From NCBI GenBank assembly GCA_963848965.1, contig CAWKFG010000001.1:384001-448000 (forward strand): a DNA stretch of 64,000 nucleotides, written 5' to 3'. Origin of the DNA: an uncultured bacterium (GTDB taxonomy: Bacteria > Babelota > Babeliae > Babelales > Babelaceae). The notes under the pieces are model-generated. The model saw only the letters and a list, made by a program, of their open reading frames with translations. It was not told where the DNA came from and did not search any database. The translations under genes and the position numbers were made by a program. Below are positions 20,295-30,858 of this stretch, piece after piece. Numbering within the stretch: the stretch's first letter is position 1; every line of letters begins with the position of its first letter.

Positions 20295-23200
20295 ATGGTA
20301 AAAAACTATATATTACTTTTTCTTTTTATTAATCAATCTTTACAAGCTATGGAGTCTAAACATAAGCTTGAAGACTGTGAAAATAGTAGTCGTAACTATA
20401 AAAAACCATGTTTTTCCCTTTCTGATGCAGTTGTATATCAACCTGATCTGATGGTTGCTTCTCCATTTGTATATAAAGCTTTAGAAGCTATGAAGCCTAA
20501 ACATAAGCTTGAGGACGGTGAAAATAGTAGTCGTGACTGTAAAAAACCACGTTTTTCCCTTCCTGCTCATCTGGTGGCCGCTTCTCCATTTGCATATCAA
20601 GTTGTTCGAGCCGCAAGCAAATTTATCAGAGGTAATAGACCACCAAGAAATAACTCTATTTTACTTGATAAAATTACCACCGTTACTATAAAGGCAAAAG
20701 AGTCACAGAGTAATGGTATTCCATTATTCAGAAATTGCTTTGAACTGTCTTTTCTTAGAGAGTTGGCTGCAAATAACAAAGATCGAGAAGTATGGCTAGA
20801 GCTTGTCAATGAAGAAGAGTGTGTCATGCATACTCCATTTTCTATGCCTATACTTAAGGTTATAGCAGAGCTTTTGGCAAATTATGAGGCTGTAAAAAGT
20901 TTGGGTTTTGATATAACTCAAACATATGTAGGTTTACATGAAGTACTTGCAAGATACTCTATAGACACAGAAAGTAAGAAAGCTGAACTGATACAAGCAA
21001 TCCGTTTTTTTAAACTACCTTTTTTTCAAGCAATAGAGACACATACTTTTGGAAAAGCTCTTCAGCTTTTAGAGCAAGCAAAATCAACAGATACTTTATA
21101 CAGCACAGTAGAAAGAGAGAATCTTAAGACTTTGATTGAAGCAGATAGCCAGCATGCGCAAAAAATGAAAGTGCAAGGAACCTCCTATGTGGATTCCATA
21201 TCAGAGAATCAGCTTAATATGACTCCAAGCAAGAAGCGACGTATCGCGTTTACGTTAGCAAAAACGTATGAAGCACAGAAGTATATGCTTGGCTTCAATG
21301 ATGTTTTAGATGATCGTTCATGGCAAGATCTTGAAATAGTAGCGGGATCTCAATCAAGTCCTAAATCTTTTTTTGCTTTTTGTATTGATCAAACGGTAAC
21401 CGAATTAGGGAAAGCGCTTCTTTACAAAAGAATAGTGTATCCTACTAGTAACGTTACGTTTCTCAGGCAACAGCAAGAGATACTTAAAGCCCTTATCTCT
21501 CATCATAACTTTAATCAAATAGATAGATGCCTTAAAGAGCTTGGCGAGATTGAAAAAGAAAATAATATGCTATCATTTTGGGATAATGACGAACTTAACT
21601 TATGCGTCAAAAGTACTGAAATTAATGTTCCTCGTTGGCAACAGTTTTCTAAATGGTTAAATGAATGTTCATTGACAGTTGAAATACTAAGAGAAGGTCC
21701 GCAGCTTTATTTGGTAATTATAGTAGCAGAGGTTAACAAGCTTAAAAATAAGATTGTTCTTAACCTAAAAAATTTTCAATCATATCTTAATTTAGATAAA
21801 AATAAGGTTATAGAAATTATTAAAGATGTGTCTAGCTTTGAAATGTTTGTAGTTAAAGAAGTTGTTTTCAATCCTTTTATAGCATCAATCCTTATGGCAA
21901 AAATTAGTGGAGCTGTAGGTGGAGCTGCAGGTGGGTACGCAGGTTATGGATTTCAATTTTTATCAATGATAAGTAATGCAGATGCTATGAAGGACATGAT
22001 TGTGCTACATTTTGCTTTACAAAAGAAGCTCATGCTCGTAGCTCAGTATATTGCTAAAATTAAAGAGCTTTACACTTTGCTTAAAACAGATGTTCAAGAT
22101 CTTGAAAGTACGTTGCCTTTTTTAAAAGCATTAAATATAGAAAGATTGCAACAGGATGCTCAAACTGCTCGAATGTATGGTGCAAACAATATATTTAGTC
22201 AATTTTGGGCAAAAGTAAGTTCAGCATCTGATATTGATAATTTATTAAACAGCCTTGAAACAGCTACATTCCAAGGAGAGCCTAGCAAATACTCTTTTAC
22301 TGGTCGTATAGTTTCAGCCTATCGCATTATGCATGATTGTAAGGATAAATTAATCCAACCGCTTGGTGCTGTTGGAGAACTTGATATGTATATGTCTATA
22401 GCCCGTCTTTATAAAAAGTACAAAGAACAGAATCTGGAATTTTGCTTACCTACCTATAATGTCTCGCCGTCTCCTTTTATAAGGATGAATCAGTTCTGGA
22501 ATCCTATGGTAGGGAACACAGCTGTTCCTAATTCGCTTACAATTGGAGGGAATCTGCCGCAAAATGTGGTAATTACTGGGCCTAACGGAGGGGGAAAATC
22601 TACTGTTATGAAAAGTGTTGTTCTTGCAGTTATTATGGCTCAAACGCTAGGAATTTGTCCAGCGCAAAGCATGGAGTTTACACCATTTGTAAAAATTCGC
22701 AGTTACTTAAATATGACTGATGACATTACTAAAGGACAATCACTTTTTCAGGCTATAGCTCAAAGAGCTGTCGATATTCATAAGGACGTTGCAGGAGTTT
22801 CTCAAGGTGAATGTTCTCTTACGCTTTTTGATGAATTATTCGATGGAACAGAAGCTCAAGCAGGAGAAGCATTGGCATGTGCTTTTATTCAAGACCTTAA
22901 TAAAATGAAGCATAATATTTGTTTACTTATAACGCACTTTCAACAATTGCCTCGTATAATTGATAACATGTCAGTGTCTAGGAATTTTCAAGTAGCAGTT
23001 GATCCCAGCCAAGCTAAGCTTATCTATCCTTACAAGCTTGAATCTGGGGTATCTAAAGAATCAGTTGCATTTAAAGTATTGGCAGAAAGGGGTTTTGATA
23101 AGGAGCTTCTAGGTAAAGCAGAAAAAGTCCGACAAACTTTGAGATTTAAGCATGCTTTTGAAGAATTGCAAGAGCTTATGATGCAGGGACAAGAACTACC

Positions 23201-23330
23201 AGAGGAATTGCAGCGTGATCCAGAACTTATTACGGCTATAAGAAATCTTATAAATCTAAGACATTACCATGCTTTTAGGAGTCTAGCTAAAAAAAAAGAT
23301 AGCCCAAAGTCCCTTGGTAGAGACCTCTAG
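20295..23330 (+). CDS. exported MutS-like ATPase (domains III/V) with long N-terminal extension
   Basis: signal LQA-MES; DQTVTELGK..L...P; GPNGGGKS, SLFQA, LFDELFDGT, ITHF, YKLESG. Confidence 0.85.
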   Translation: MVKNYILLFLFINQSLQAMESKHKLEDCENSSRNYKKPCFSLSDAVVYQPDLMVASPFVYKALEAMKPKHKLEDGENSSRDCKKPRFSLPAHLVAASPFAYQVVRAASKFIRGNRPPRNNSILLDKITTVTIKAKESQSNGIPLFRNCFELSFLRELAANNKDREVWLELVNEEECVMHTPFSMPILKVIAELLANYEAVKSLGFDITQTYVGLHEVLARYSIDTESKKAELIQAIRFFKLPFFQAIETHTFGKALQLLEQAKSTDTLYSTVERENLKTLIEADSQHAQKMKVQGTSYVDSISENQLNMTPSKKRRIAFTLAKTYEAQKYMLGFNDVLDDRSWQDLEIVAGSQSSPKSFFAFCIDQTVTELGKALLYKRIVYPTSNVTFLRQQQEILKALISHHNFNQIDRCLKELGEIEKENNMLSFWDNDELNLCVKSTEINVPRWQQFSKWLNECSLTVEILREGPQLYLVIIVAEVNKLKNKIVLNLKNFQSYLNLDKNKVIEIIKDVSSFEMFVVKEVVFNPFIASILMAKISGAVGGAAGGYAGYGFQFLSMISNADAMKDMIVLHFALQKKLMLVAQYIAKIKELYTLLKTDVQDLESTLPFLKALNIERLQQDAQTARMYGANNIFSQFWAKVSSASDIDNLLNSLETATFQGEPSKYSFTGRIVSAYRIMHDCKDKLIQPLGAVGELDMYMSIARLYKKYKEQNLEFCLPTYNVSPSPFIRMNQFWNPMVGNTAVPNSLTIGGNLPQNVVITGPNGGGKSTVMKSVVLAVIMAQTLGICPAQSMEFTPFVKIRSYLNMTDDITKGQSLFQAIAQRAVDIHKDVAGVSQGECSLTLFDELFDGTEAQAGEALACAFIQDLNKMKHNICLLITHFQQLPRIIDNMSVSRNFQVAVDPSQAKLIYPYKLESGVSKESVAFKVLAERGFDKELLGKAEKVRQTLRFKHAFEELQELMMQGQELPEELQRDPELITAIRNLINLRHYHAFRSLAKKKDSPKSLGRDL

Positions 23331-23469
23331 ATGCAGAGCCAATGGACCTAGAGGTTTTGTCTGAAATTGAATTGTACAGCACTTTAAAAAATAAGTTTTT
23401 GGTTGACAACAGGAGTTTTTTCGTACTATAGTCGAGCTCAAGTATCAACCTATAAAAAAGGGATCTCTT

Positions 23470-23781
23470 ATGAACGATATACGTATAGCTACTAAAGCTT
23501 CTTCAGCTTTAGCTAAAAAACGAGAAAGAGTCAAAGAGCTTGTAAAAGCGTCAATGATTACCCAAGGCTATTACTATAATGGAATGGAAGGGCCGCCTTT
23601 GAGAGTAGGATATGGCGCGAGGAAGAACGTTAAAGCTTAATCAAACTTTATGTATGCTTAAGCTACTTTAGATGCTGTACACAAAATTAATGGAAGATTT
23701 AAGAGCTCATTATGCTAATCTTGATGCAATGCAAGAAAGGCATAAGAATGAAAATGAAGATAATCCTAGAGCAGCAAAGTA
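23470..23781 (+). pseudogene. possible Panacea (DUF4065)-like antitoxin relic
   Basis: fragments QGYYY, GP, LDAVHKI.GRF in shifting frames; weak. Confidence 0.3.
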
Positions 23782-23814
23782 GCTAAGCATACTCCTACTA
23801 TTCCATATCAAGCT

Positions 23815-23857
23815 TTTTGTTCAGAAAATAGTGCTACTTCATAGCACCATGCGTCCA
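23815..23857 (+). repeat. partial IS110 target-type repeat
   Basis: TTTTGTTCAGAAAATAGTGCTACTTCATAGCACCATGCGTC vs 8613-8653 and the IS flank ATGCGTC. Confidence 0.7.
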
Positions 23858-24175
23858 AGAAGATTTAAATTTATTCTAAGCAGATAGCCATTGTTCATCT
23901 TTGCGAATCATAACATTTAAAACACTAGGATGTGCTAATACTAAGCTAATCAATAATATTAACGCCAATTCGAGCTAAGGACTAGATAAAAAAGGCCCAC
24001 TACAGTATTCTTTACTTTAGATGAAGATTGATGTGTCTTAATAGGCTAGTTTTCGCGCTTACTGGGGTTTTATGAAACGAGAGAACTTTGCTATTAATAC
24101 AAAATGGGAACCAATTTTTTTGCTAATTTAACGTAATTATTTTGGGTTGGGTCAATATAACCAAAGAGGGAACGG

Positions 24176-24622
24176 ATGTTGATTAGCACATATACCATAG
24201 AGACCAAAGCTTCTCAAGAATCGGTTTGGAATATTTGGCAAGATATAAAAAATTGGAATACCTGGGACCTTGCAACTGAATATAGTTCTATCAATGGACC
24301 ATTTAAGGAGGGGGCCGAAGGCAGCTGGAAAGCTAAAGGGGGGCCGCTTTTGTCGATTAAGGTAACTCGAGTCGAGCCTTTGAAAATGTCGGTTATAGAG
24401 TTTAAGCTCTTTTTAGCTCGAATCATCGTTTCACATCACATTTTTGAATCAGCTGGAAAAACATATGTTACTGAGCACATTGAAATCAAGGGGCCTTTAG
24501 GCTTTTTGTTTGCTTATCATAGCGGTCATATAATAAAGAAAAATCTCCTCCAGGGGCTAGAAGCGTTAGTAAAAAAAGCAGAATCTTTAAGCAAAACACA
24601 GAAGCGTTCACGAGAAAAGTGA
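24176..24622 (+). CDS. SRPBCC/polyketide cyclase-like protein
   Basis: ASQESVWNIWQDIKNWNTWD, GPF..G, IKGPLGF. Confidence 0.85.
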   Translation: MLISTYTIETKASQESVWNIWQDIKNWNTWDLATEYSSINGPFKEGAEGSWKAKGGPLLSIKVTRVEPLKMSVIEFKLFLARIIVSHHIFESAGKTYVTEHIEIKGPLGFLFAYHSGHIIKKNLLQGLEALVKKAESLSKTQKRSREK

Positions 24623-24775
24623 CGTATAGTATGTTTATCTAAATATCATTAAAATTTCTTAGGGTTTTCAGCCTTATAGAGAATTGTATAGTTCAAAACT
24701 CTCGATTGAATTGACAATGCTGGCATTTTCTATATAATTATTCTATTAGAAAAGTCTTGAGGGGGGGGTTTTTCC

Positions 24776-27373
24776 ATGAGTTTCACTTGTAGTTTTTGTA
24801 AAGACGCCATATCTGTTAGTCGTAAATCAGATAGTATCATTGTTCATGGCGCAAAAGAGCATAACTTAAAAAATATTTGTTTTGAGATTCCTAAGGGAAA
24901 ATTAGTCGCATTAACCGGACCTTCGGGATCAGGTAAGTCCTCTATTGCAACCGATATTTTGCAAAAAGAATGCGTAAGGCAATTTTTAGAGTCACTTGGC
25001 ATGGTTACTGATCATATAGAAAAAGCAAAAGCACATATGATTATGGGATTATCCCCTTCAATTGGTGTTACACAACGTGTAACTGATTTTAATCCCCGCT
25101 CTACTGTAGGTACTCGATCAGGTATTCTTACTATTTTACGGAATCTATTTTCAGTTTTAGGATGTCAACTTTGTAACAGCTGTAGAAAAAAGGTCAAGCA
25201 ACCCTTGCAAGATAAGCATAAACTAACAGTAGTTGAAATTGACGAAGATGAAACAAATTCTTCTTCAAAGAAAAGGAAGATAAGCTACTTTGGTTGTCCG
25301 CAGTGTGGTCAGCAGCTAGAAAAATTGAAAATGGCACACTTTTCTTTTAATGCACTAGCAGGAGCTTGTGCAAGTTGTAAAGGAGTTGGTGAAATTATAA
25401 GCGTCGACCTCTCGCATTTACTTAATGAAGAAAAAACAATAAGGAACGGGGGAGTTGATCTTTGGAGTGAGGCACTGGCAAAGCATTACGAAAATGTTAT
25501 CCTTGCTGCTAGCAGACATTATAGTTTTTCATTTGATCCTGCTTTGCCTATAAAGGATTATACGAAAGAACAAAGAAATTTCCTCCTTTATGGCATTACT
25601 TTTTCAGATTTTATAAAAGCCCACAAGGATATTCAAGCGCCTAAGAAAGTTAGTGAAGGAAATTTTGAAGGTATTATTACTTATTTATTAAACCTCTATA
25701 AAAAGAATCCTGCAAAGGCACCACATGACGTTAAGAAATATATCGTGCATCAGCCATGTACTGAGTGTAAAAATACACGGTTAGGTAGACTTGGCAGAGA
25801 AGTAACTGTAGGTGAAAAAACTATTATTGATGTGAGTGGCCTTAGTTTAAATGAATTACTCAAATGGATATATGACTTGGATCAGCATGTTGCAGAGGAT
25901 GAATTGCAAGTAATTGTAGCTTTTTCAGATGCATTAAAAGAACGGACATCACATTTAATAGACGTAGGTTTAGAGTATCTTACTTTGGATCGTACGCTTC
26001 CTTCGCTATCTGCCGGTGAATCTCAAAGAGTAAGGCTTGCGAGCTTGCTTGGCAGCGGGCTTACGGGTGTCTTATATGTATTAGATGAACCAACGACAGG
26101 CTTGCATCCTCATGATAATCAAAAATTATTAAAAACAATGAGGATGATACAAGAAATGGGTAATACTGTTTTAATAATTGAACATGATATGGATATTGTT
26201 AAAAATGTGGATTATATAATAGATATAGGGCCTGGTGGAGGAAGCAAAGGCGGTGAAATTGTAGCTACCGGGACTCCTTTGGATGTTATGGCTTGTGAAA
26301 AATCTATTACTGGAAAATATTTAGCCAAAAAAGCAACTATTAACCTGAATCCTTCTATTTGTAAGGCTGAGGCACTTACTATACGTGGTGCTCGTGAACA
26401 TAACTTAAAAAATATTGATGTCAGTATCCCAATAAACCAATTTGTTGTGTTGACTGGTGTCTCTGGTTCAGGAAAATCAACATTCCTCTTTGATATCGTA
26501 GATAAAGCAGCGAGAAAGCATTTTTATCAAGCAAGTGAAGTTCCTGGAAAATATGATTCTATAGATGGTTTAGATTACTTTAATCGAGTCATAACCGTTG
26601 ACCAAGTTACCATAGGTAATTCAAAGTCATCGCGTTCTAACATAGCAACTTATACAAAGCTTTTTGATTTGATTCGCGATTTATTTGCTTCTTTACCAGA
26701 GGCAAAATCGCAAGGATTTAGTGCTGATAAGTTTTCTTTCAATACATCAGATGAGCGTTGTGAAAACTGTAATGGGGCAGGTAGCGTTGCCGTCGACATG
26801 ACCTTTATGCCAGATATTGAAACAGTATGTCCTGTATGTAACGGCATGCGATTTAATGAAGAGTTATTAACAGTACAGTTTCAAGGGCATAACATTGCAA
26901 ACATTCTAGATATGACGGTAAGCGAAGCTATTCACTTATTTGAGCAAGAAAAGAAGATTCTTACGCTCTTGGATTTAATAAAACAAGTTGGTTTGGGATA
27001 TTTAAAGTTGGGACAATCAACTTCGACATTATCTGGAGGAGAAGCTCAACGAATCAAATTAGCAACTGAATTGTCGAAACCTGAGACTGGAAACACGTTA
27101 TACTTATTAGATGAACCAACAACAGGTTTGAATCCGCAAGAAGTTGAAAGGCTACTTGATATCTTGAGAAAATTAGTATCTAAAGGAAATACGGTAATAA
27201 CAATTGAGCATAATTTAGATGTTATTTGTAATGCAGATACAATTATTGATTTTGGGCCAGGCGGTGGAAGTGCAGGCGGTAAAATTGTTGTGGCAGGTAC
27301 ACCTCAAGAAATTGTTGCCAATAAAGATTCATTAACAGGACAAAGCCTAAAGGCTTATTTAGCAAAGTCTTAA
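24776..27373 (+). CDS. uvrA: UvrA-family ABC ATPase (accessory UvrA2/DrrC-like)
   Basis: GAKEHNLKN, two Walker A (GPSGSGKS, GVSGSGKS), LSAGE/LSGGE, LDEPTTGL, CxxC zinc motifs. Confidence 0.92.
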   Translation: MSFTCSFCKDAISVSRKSDSIIVHGAKEHNLKNICFEIPKGKLVALTGPSGSGKSSIATDILQKECVRQFLESLGMVTDHIEKAKAHMIMGLSPSIGVTQRVTDFNPRSTVGTRSGILTILRNLFSVLGCQLCNSCRKKVKQPLQDKHKLTVVEIDEDETNSSSKKRKISYFGCPQCGQQLEKLKMAHFSFNALAGACASCKGVGEIISVDLSHLLNEEKTIRNGGVDLWSEALAKHYENVILAASRHYSFSFDPALPIKDYTKEQRNFLLYGITFSDFIKAHKDIQAPKKVSEGNFEGIITYLLNLYKKNPAKAPHDVKKYIVHQPCTECKNTRLGRLGREVTVGEKTIIDVSGLSLNELLKWIYDLDQHVAEDELQVIVAFSDALKERTSHLIDVGLEYLTLDRTLPSLSAGESQRVRLASLLGSGLTGVLYVLDEPTTGLHPHDNQKLLKTMRMIQEMGNTVLIIEHDMDIVKNVDYIIDIGPGGGSKGGEIVATGTPLDVMACEKSITGKYLAKKATINLNPSICKAEALTIRGAREHNLKNIDVSIPINQFVVLTGVSGSGKSTFLFDIVDKAARKHFYQASEVPGKYDSIDGLDYFNRVITVDQVTIGNSKSSRSNIATYTKLFDLIRDLFASLPEAKSQGFSADKFSFNTSDERCENCNGAGSVAVDMTFMPDIETVCPVCNGMRFNEELLTVQFQGHNIANILDMTVSEAIHLFEQEKKILTLLDLIKQVGLGYLKLGQSTSTLSGGEAQRIKLATELSKPETGNTLYLLDEPTTGLNPQEVERLLDILRKLVSKGNTVITIEHNLDVICNADTIIDFGPGGGSAGGKIVVAGTPQEIVANKDSLTGQSLKAYLAKS

Positions 27374-27374
27374 T

Positions 27375-27495
27375 ACAGAGGAATAGTTTGGTTACTTGAG
27401 GCTAAAGCCACTATTAATGCTCAAGGTTTTGCCAATTAGACTACTTTACATCGTATAGCACATAAGCATAAGAAGTGGTTAAGTTACTTTTGATT
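27375..27495 (+). pseudogene. ankyrin relic
   Basis: WLLEAKATINAQGFAN*TTLH...EVVKLLL. Confidence 0.5.
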
Positions 27496-27546
27496 AGGAA
27501 ATAGTAGAGTGTTTCTCATTGTGCTTATGCTCTAGAATATCTGGAG

Positions 27547-29013
27547 CTAGTTCGCCATTGATTTTTCAATCATATCTGCTACTAAATTACCCGATTGACA
27601 AGCTGCTTCCATTGTTCCTGGTACATCAAGTAATGTTGAAGTATGCTCGCCAGCAAAGTAGACTTGCTGATTAATGGGGGCAAAGAGAGCCTTAACTGTT
27701 ATATTGTTATTTTTTTGCAGAGTAGTAAAGAGTGCCTCTTGCCCTGGGGCACTATATGCGTAGGTACCTTTAGCAAATGGGTCATTGGGCCAGCTATATC
27801 CAACTGGACCAGAATATCTGACAAATAATTTATCAAGAGCGTGAATAGGCGCCTGTTTAGGTAAAGAACTTTTTTCAAATCCACTTGCAAAAAGCGATTG
27901 AGCTTGAGCGTACGTTTGAGTAATATCGTGTGGTGAAAATAAACTCGATTCTCTAGTAAAATAGACGGTAACCATTGTTTCAACAAATGTGAAGATACCA
28001 AGATTATCGTTAAGAAAGATAGTTGATGTAGGAAAAGTTCCAGAAAGAGGGACTATAATTTTTGCATTGTTGCCGTTATGAATAGTTCTGATAGCTCTAA
28101 GCCTATCTTCTGGAATAACATTTTCATCAAATGCAATATCGTTATAGACGGGACAGGGTATTGCAAGAACCAAAATATCTGCTGTTGTGCTAGATCCATT
28201 CTTAAATGTTAGGGTATAACCATCTTGTTTATTTTTTGTAACTGATATCAGTGGCATTCCCAAATGGACTCTATCGCCAAGCTTTTTGGCGAGTGCTTCA
28301 GGTAATTTACTATTACCATCATGAATACGTGCAAAGGAAGTACTAGTATCTTGATGTGCTGAGGAAATTCCGCCCTTTATCATGTAGTATAAAGTTTCAA
28401 CATATGAAGAAGACAATTGCTCAATTGATGCTCCTTCGTATCCAGCAAGCATGGTACTTAAACATGCCTTTAACGGCTCATTTGGTTTAAAAAGTTGGTT
28501 AAATACGTCAAGCATGGATTTTGAAGTTTGCTTAAGAACATCTAGCTGTTCTTTAAGCGTCTCTAAATTAAAGTTATGCTTTCTGATCATCTCTTTAACT
28601 GACATTAGTACACCATTGTGGTGAAAAACATAATTAAAGGTTACTGTTTTATGTAACACTTTCAATTCAAGCTCTTGTATCAATTGGTTGATATTGTCAG
28701 CACTACCTCCGTCGGCAATGTTTTCTGCACCCAACTCTGCAATGTTATCATTAATAAAAGCAGATAATATTCTGCCTCCAACACGATTTCTTGCTTCATA
28801 TACATGAACGTCAAAACCTTTTTTATGCATGCGATACCCTGCAGTCAGACCTGCAAGTCCTGCTCCAATGATAACAATTTTTTTGTCAGACAATTTTTTA
28901 GCAGTATTTTCAGAACAAAGATTTGAATTGGTACATAGCGTTGCTATAATCATAAAAGATATGCTCTTTTTCACTGTATTTTGTTTTCCAACTAAGCTTA
29001 AGTTAAATGCCAT
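27547..29013 (-). CDS. flavin monoamine oxidase family protein
   Basis: IIGAGLAGL, YEARNRVGGR, ELGAE, YFAGEHT, GTMEAA..SG. Confidence 0.92.
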   Translation of the reverse strand: MAFNLSLVGKQNTVKKSISFMIIATLCTNSNLCSENTAKKLSDKKIVIIGAGLAGLTAGYRMHKKGFDVHVYEARNRVGGRILSAFINDNIAELGAENIADGGSADNINQLIQELELKVLHKTVTFNYVFHHNGVLMSVKEMIRKHNFNLETLKEQLDVLKQTSKSMLDVFNQLFKPNEPLKACLSTMLAGYEGASIEQLSSSYVETLYYMIKGGISSAHQDTSTSFARIHDGNSKLPEALAKKLGDRVHLGMPLISVTKNKQDGYTLTFKNGSSTTADILVLAIPCPVYNDIAFDENVIPEDRLRAIRTIHNGNNAKIIVPLSGTFPTSTIFLNDNLGIFTFVETMVTVYFTRESSLFSPHDITQTYAQAQSLFASGFEKSSLPKQAPIHALDKLFVRYSGPVGYSWPNDPFAKGTYAYSAPGQEALFTTLQKNNNITVKALFAPINQQVYFAGEHTSTLLDVPGTMEAACQSGNLVADMIEKSMAN

Positions 29014-29103
29014 ACTTTATGCAAATCTAATACATAGTGTTAGACATTCTAATACATAATGTTAAATTTACTAGGCTTCAATTTTTTGGCAAGAAGTTCT
29101 TAC

Positions 29104-29460
29104 TTAAAGATCAAGAAAGCCAGTGGCTTTAGCCAGTTGGATGAATTGATTCCTTATGCTATACTTTATACGAGAAGCTTAAGGAGAAAAATATGCTTTT
29201 GACCTATAAAATAAAGCATTATAGAGATTTAGACCAAGAGCTTATAAAAGCTATGTAGGCGTAGATCTTAATACTTTTGGTCATTGTGCTGTTATGGCTG
29301 ATCCTCAGGCATGTTCATTTGAGTATAGACAGAGTTATACGTGCGTGCTCACTGAAAGTCTTACGGAGCTCTGCTGATAATGCCAGTAACTCCCGCACCT
29401 CCTGCCTTCGCTCTCTGAGCTTCGGCGGACACGGCAGGGCTTTAGCCCGGCGTTATTCAG
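29104..29460 (+). mobile_element. internally deleted IS200/IS605 (tnpB) element, copy A
   Basis: TTAC|LE with AAAG + hairpin; tnpB pieces MLLTYKIKH and YVGVDLNTFGHCAV; omega-RNA region; RE hairpin ending TTCAG. Confidence 0.85.
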
Positions 29461-29504
29461 TTCAGTTAACCAGTAATAGAGTCTTCTCTTAAGCTGTGAA
29501 GATA

Positions 29505-30536
29505 TTACCTTGTAAGAAAAAGCTTAAAAAAATCTTCTAATTCTTTAGAAGGTATAGGTTGCTTTTCAAATCCTTCAAAGAAAGAACCTCTTAAGAAAAA
29601 GCCTAAAGGTGGTTGGGCAATAGGAGTATAACCCAACTCTAGAAGCATTTTATTAACAACTTTAATATGCTCTGCTCCAGCATAAACAAGTGTTTTATTA
29701 ACTCGTTTTTGGCTTTCGATTATATCTCTAATCAGACCTATTTCTGTTAAATTAAGAGCTGGGTCTATATAAGTTTTAAAAACGTACGAGATATCAGCAT
29801 CTTTTAAATCTCCTTTTTGTAGAGCTTCTATAAAGGCAGCTGCAACCGATCCAGGTTTTAATGTTATTTCAAAGCCCGAAGGTGCTTTTAAAGTAACTTC
29901 ATGAGTATGCTTTAGAAATAATAGTTTAAGGCGAGCATCATAAATTTTTATTGATCCTTCTAACTGGGCAAGCAAAGCTTTACCTCCTGGGTTTGTTATA
30001 GTTTGTTTTAGCTCTTTGACAAGATCTAACACTACCTTTATAGTGTCTAATAGTTCTTTTGTACTAACATTTTCTCTTACTACTGATTTAAAGTCCTCAT
30101 CTGTATACTTGTTAATAAGAAATGATAAAACAAAGTTAAATACATACTTGAGGAATTTCCTTAAGGCAGGCAATTTAACTTGAAAATTAGAAAGGATGAA
30201 AGATAGGTTGCCATGTTTTAAACCATGCTGATAGGCATATCTTGAAAAGAGATCAAGACAGATATCCTTTTCTGAAGTTGGCTCCAGATCCTCTTCAAAA
30301 ATGTGTTCCAGAACGATTTCACTTTCTTGGTCTGATTTTGCTAGTTGCTCGAGGAAAGGAGAAAAAAGATTTTTATGGCATATGTCTTTCTTTCCTTCTT
30401 TATGGTAATCTCCTATAGTCCCAACTATTTTATTGCCTTTAACCCAAAGAGCAAGAGATATAGCATAGGATAGGGTTACTGAAGACCACATACTAAAGAA
30501 TAAGAAAAATAAAGAGATTGCGAACATTTTTTTCAT
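29505..30536 (-). CDS. exported TIKI/TraB/EreA-like putative metallohydrolase
   Basis: signal; IGDYH, IVLE, LVYAGAEH; paralog of 46970. Confidence 0.55.
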   Translation of the reverse strand: MKKMFAISLFFLFFSMWSSVTLSYAISLALWVKGNKIVGTIGDYHKEGKKDICHKNLFSPFLEQLAKSDQESEIVLEHIFEEDLEPTSEKDICLDLFSRYAYQHGLKHGNLSFILSNFQVKLPALRKFLKYVFNFVLSFLINKYTDEDFKSVVRENVSTKELLDTIKVVLDLVKELKQTITNPGGKALLAQLEGSIKIYDARLKLLFLKHTHEVTLKAPSGFEITLKPGSVAAAFIEALQKGDLKDADISYVFKTYIDPALNLTEIGLIRDIIESQKRVNKTLVYAGAEHIKVVNKMLLELGYTPIAQPPLGFFLRGSFFEGFEKQPIPSKELEDFFKLFLTR

Positions 30537-30858
30537 TTTTTACCTAAGTTTTAATATTTTATATTTTATATTATAAAATTAGTATATAGGATATTTTGGG
30601 GTTTTTTCAATCTTTTTTAAGTTCCTCAATGTAAAGGCTCTATAGATTCAAGAATGATAATTTGCTCTACCTTAGTTGTCTCTATGATAATGAACAGGGC
30701 TGTGCCAGTTTACAATTTTAATTATTTCAAAATTCCATAAATTCTATTTCTTGTATTATCTTTCCTTAATAGAATCTTGAACATTCTTCTATAGCTCATT
30801 CCTTGCGATTTTTAGCTTGAGAGGTAGAACTATATAAAATTAGACATACTAGTGCATC

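Noticed and set aside
29040..29067. dif-like TAATGTTAAAT
   Set aside because: Only an XerD-like half; no plausible XerC arm.
29277..29492. 71-aa ORF
   Set aside because: Spans the omega-RNA region and right end of the mini-IS605; non-coding.
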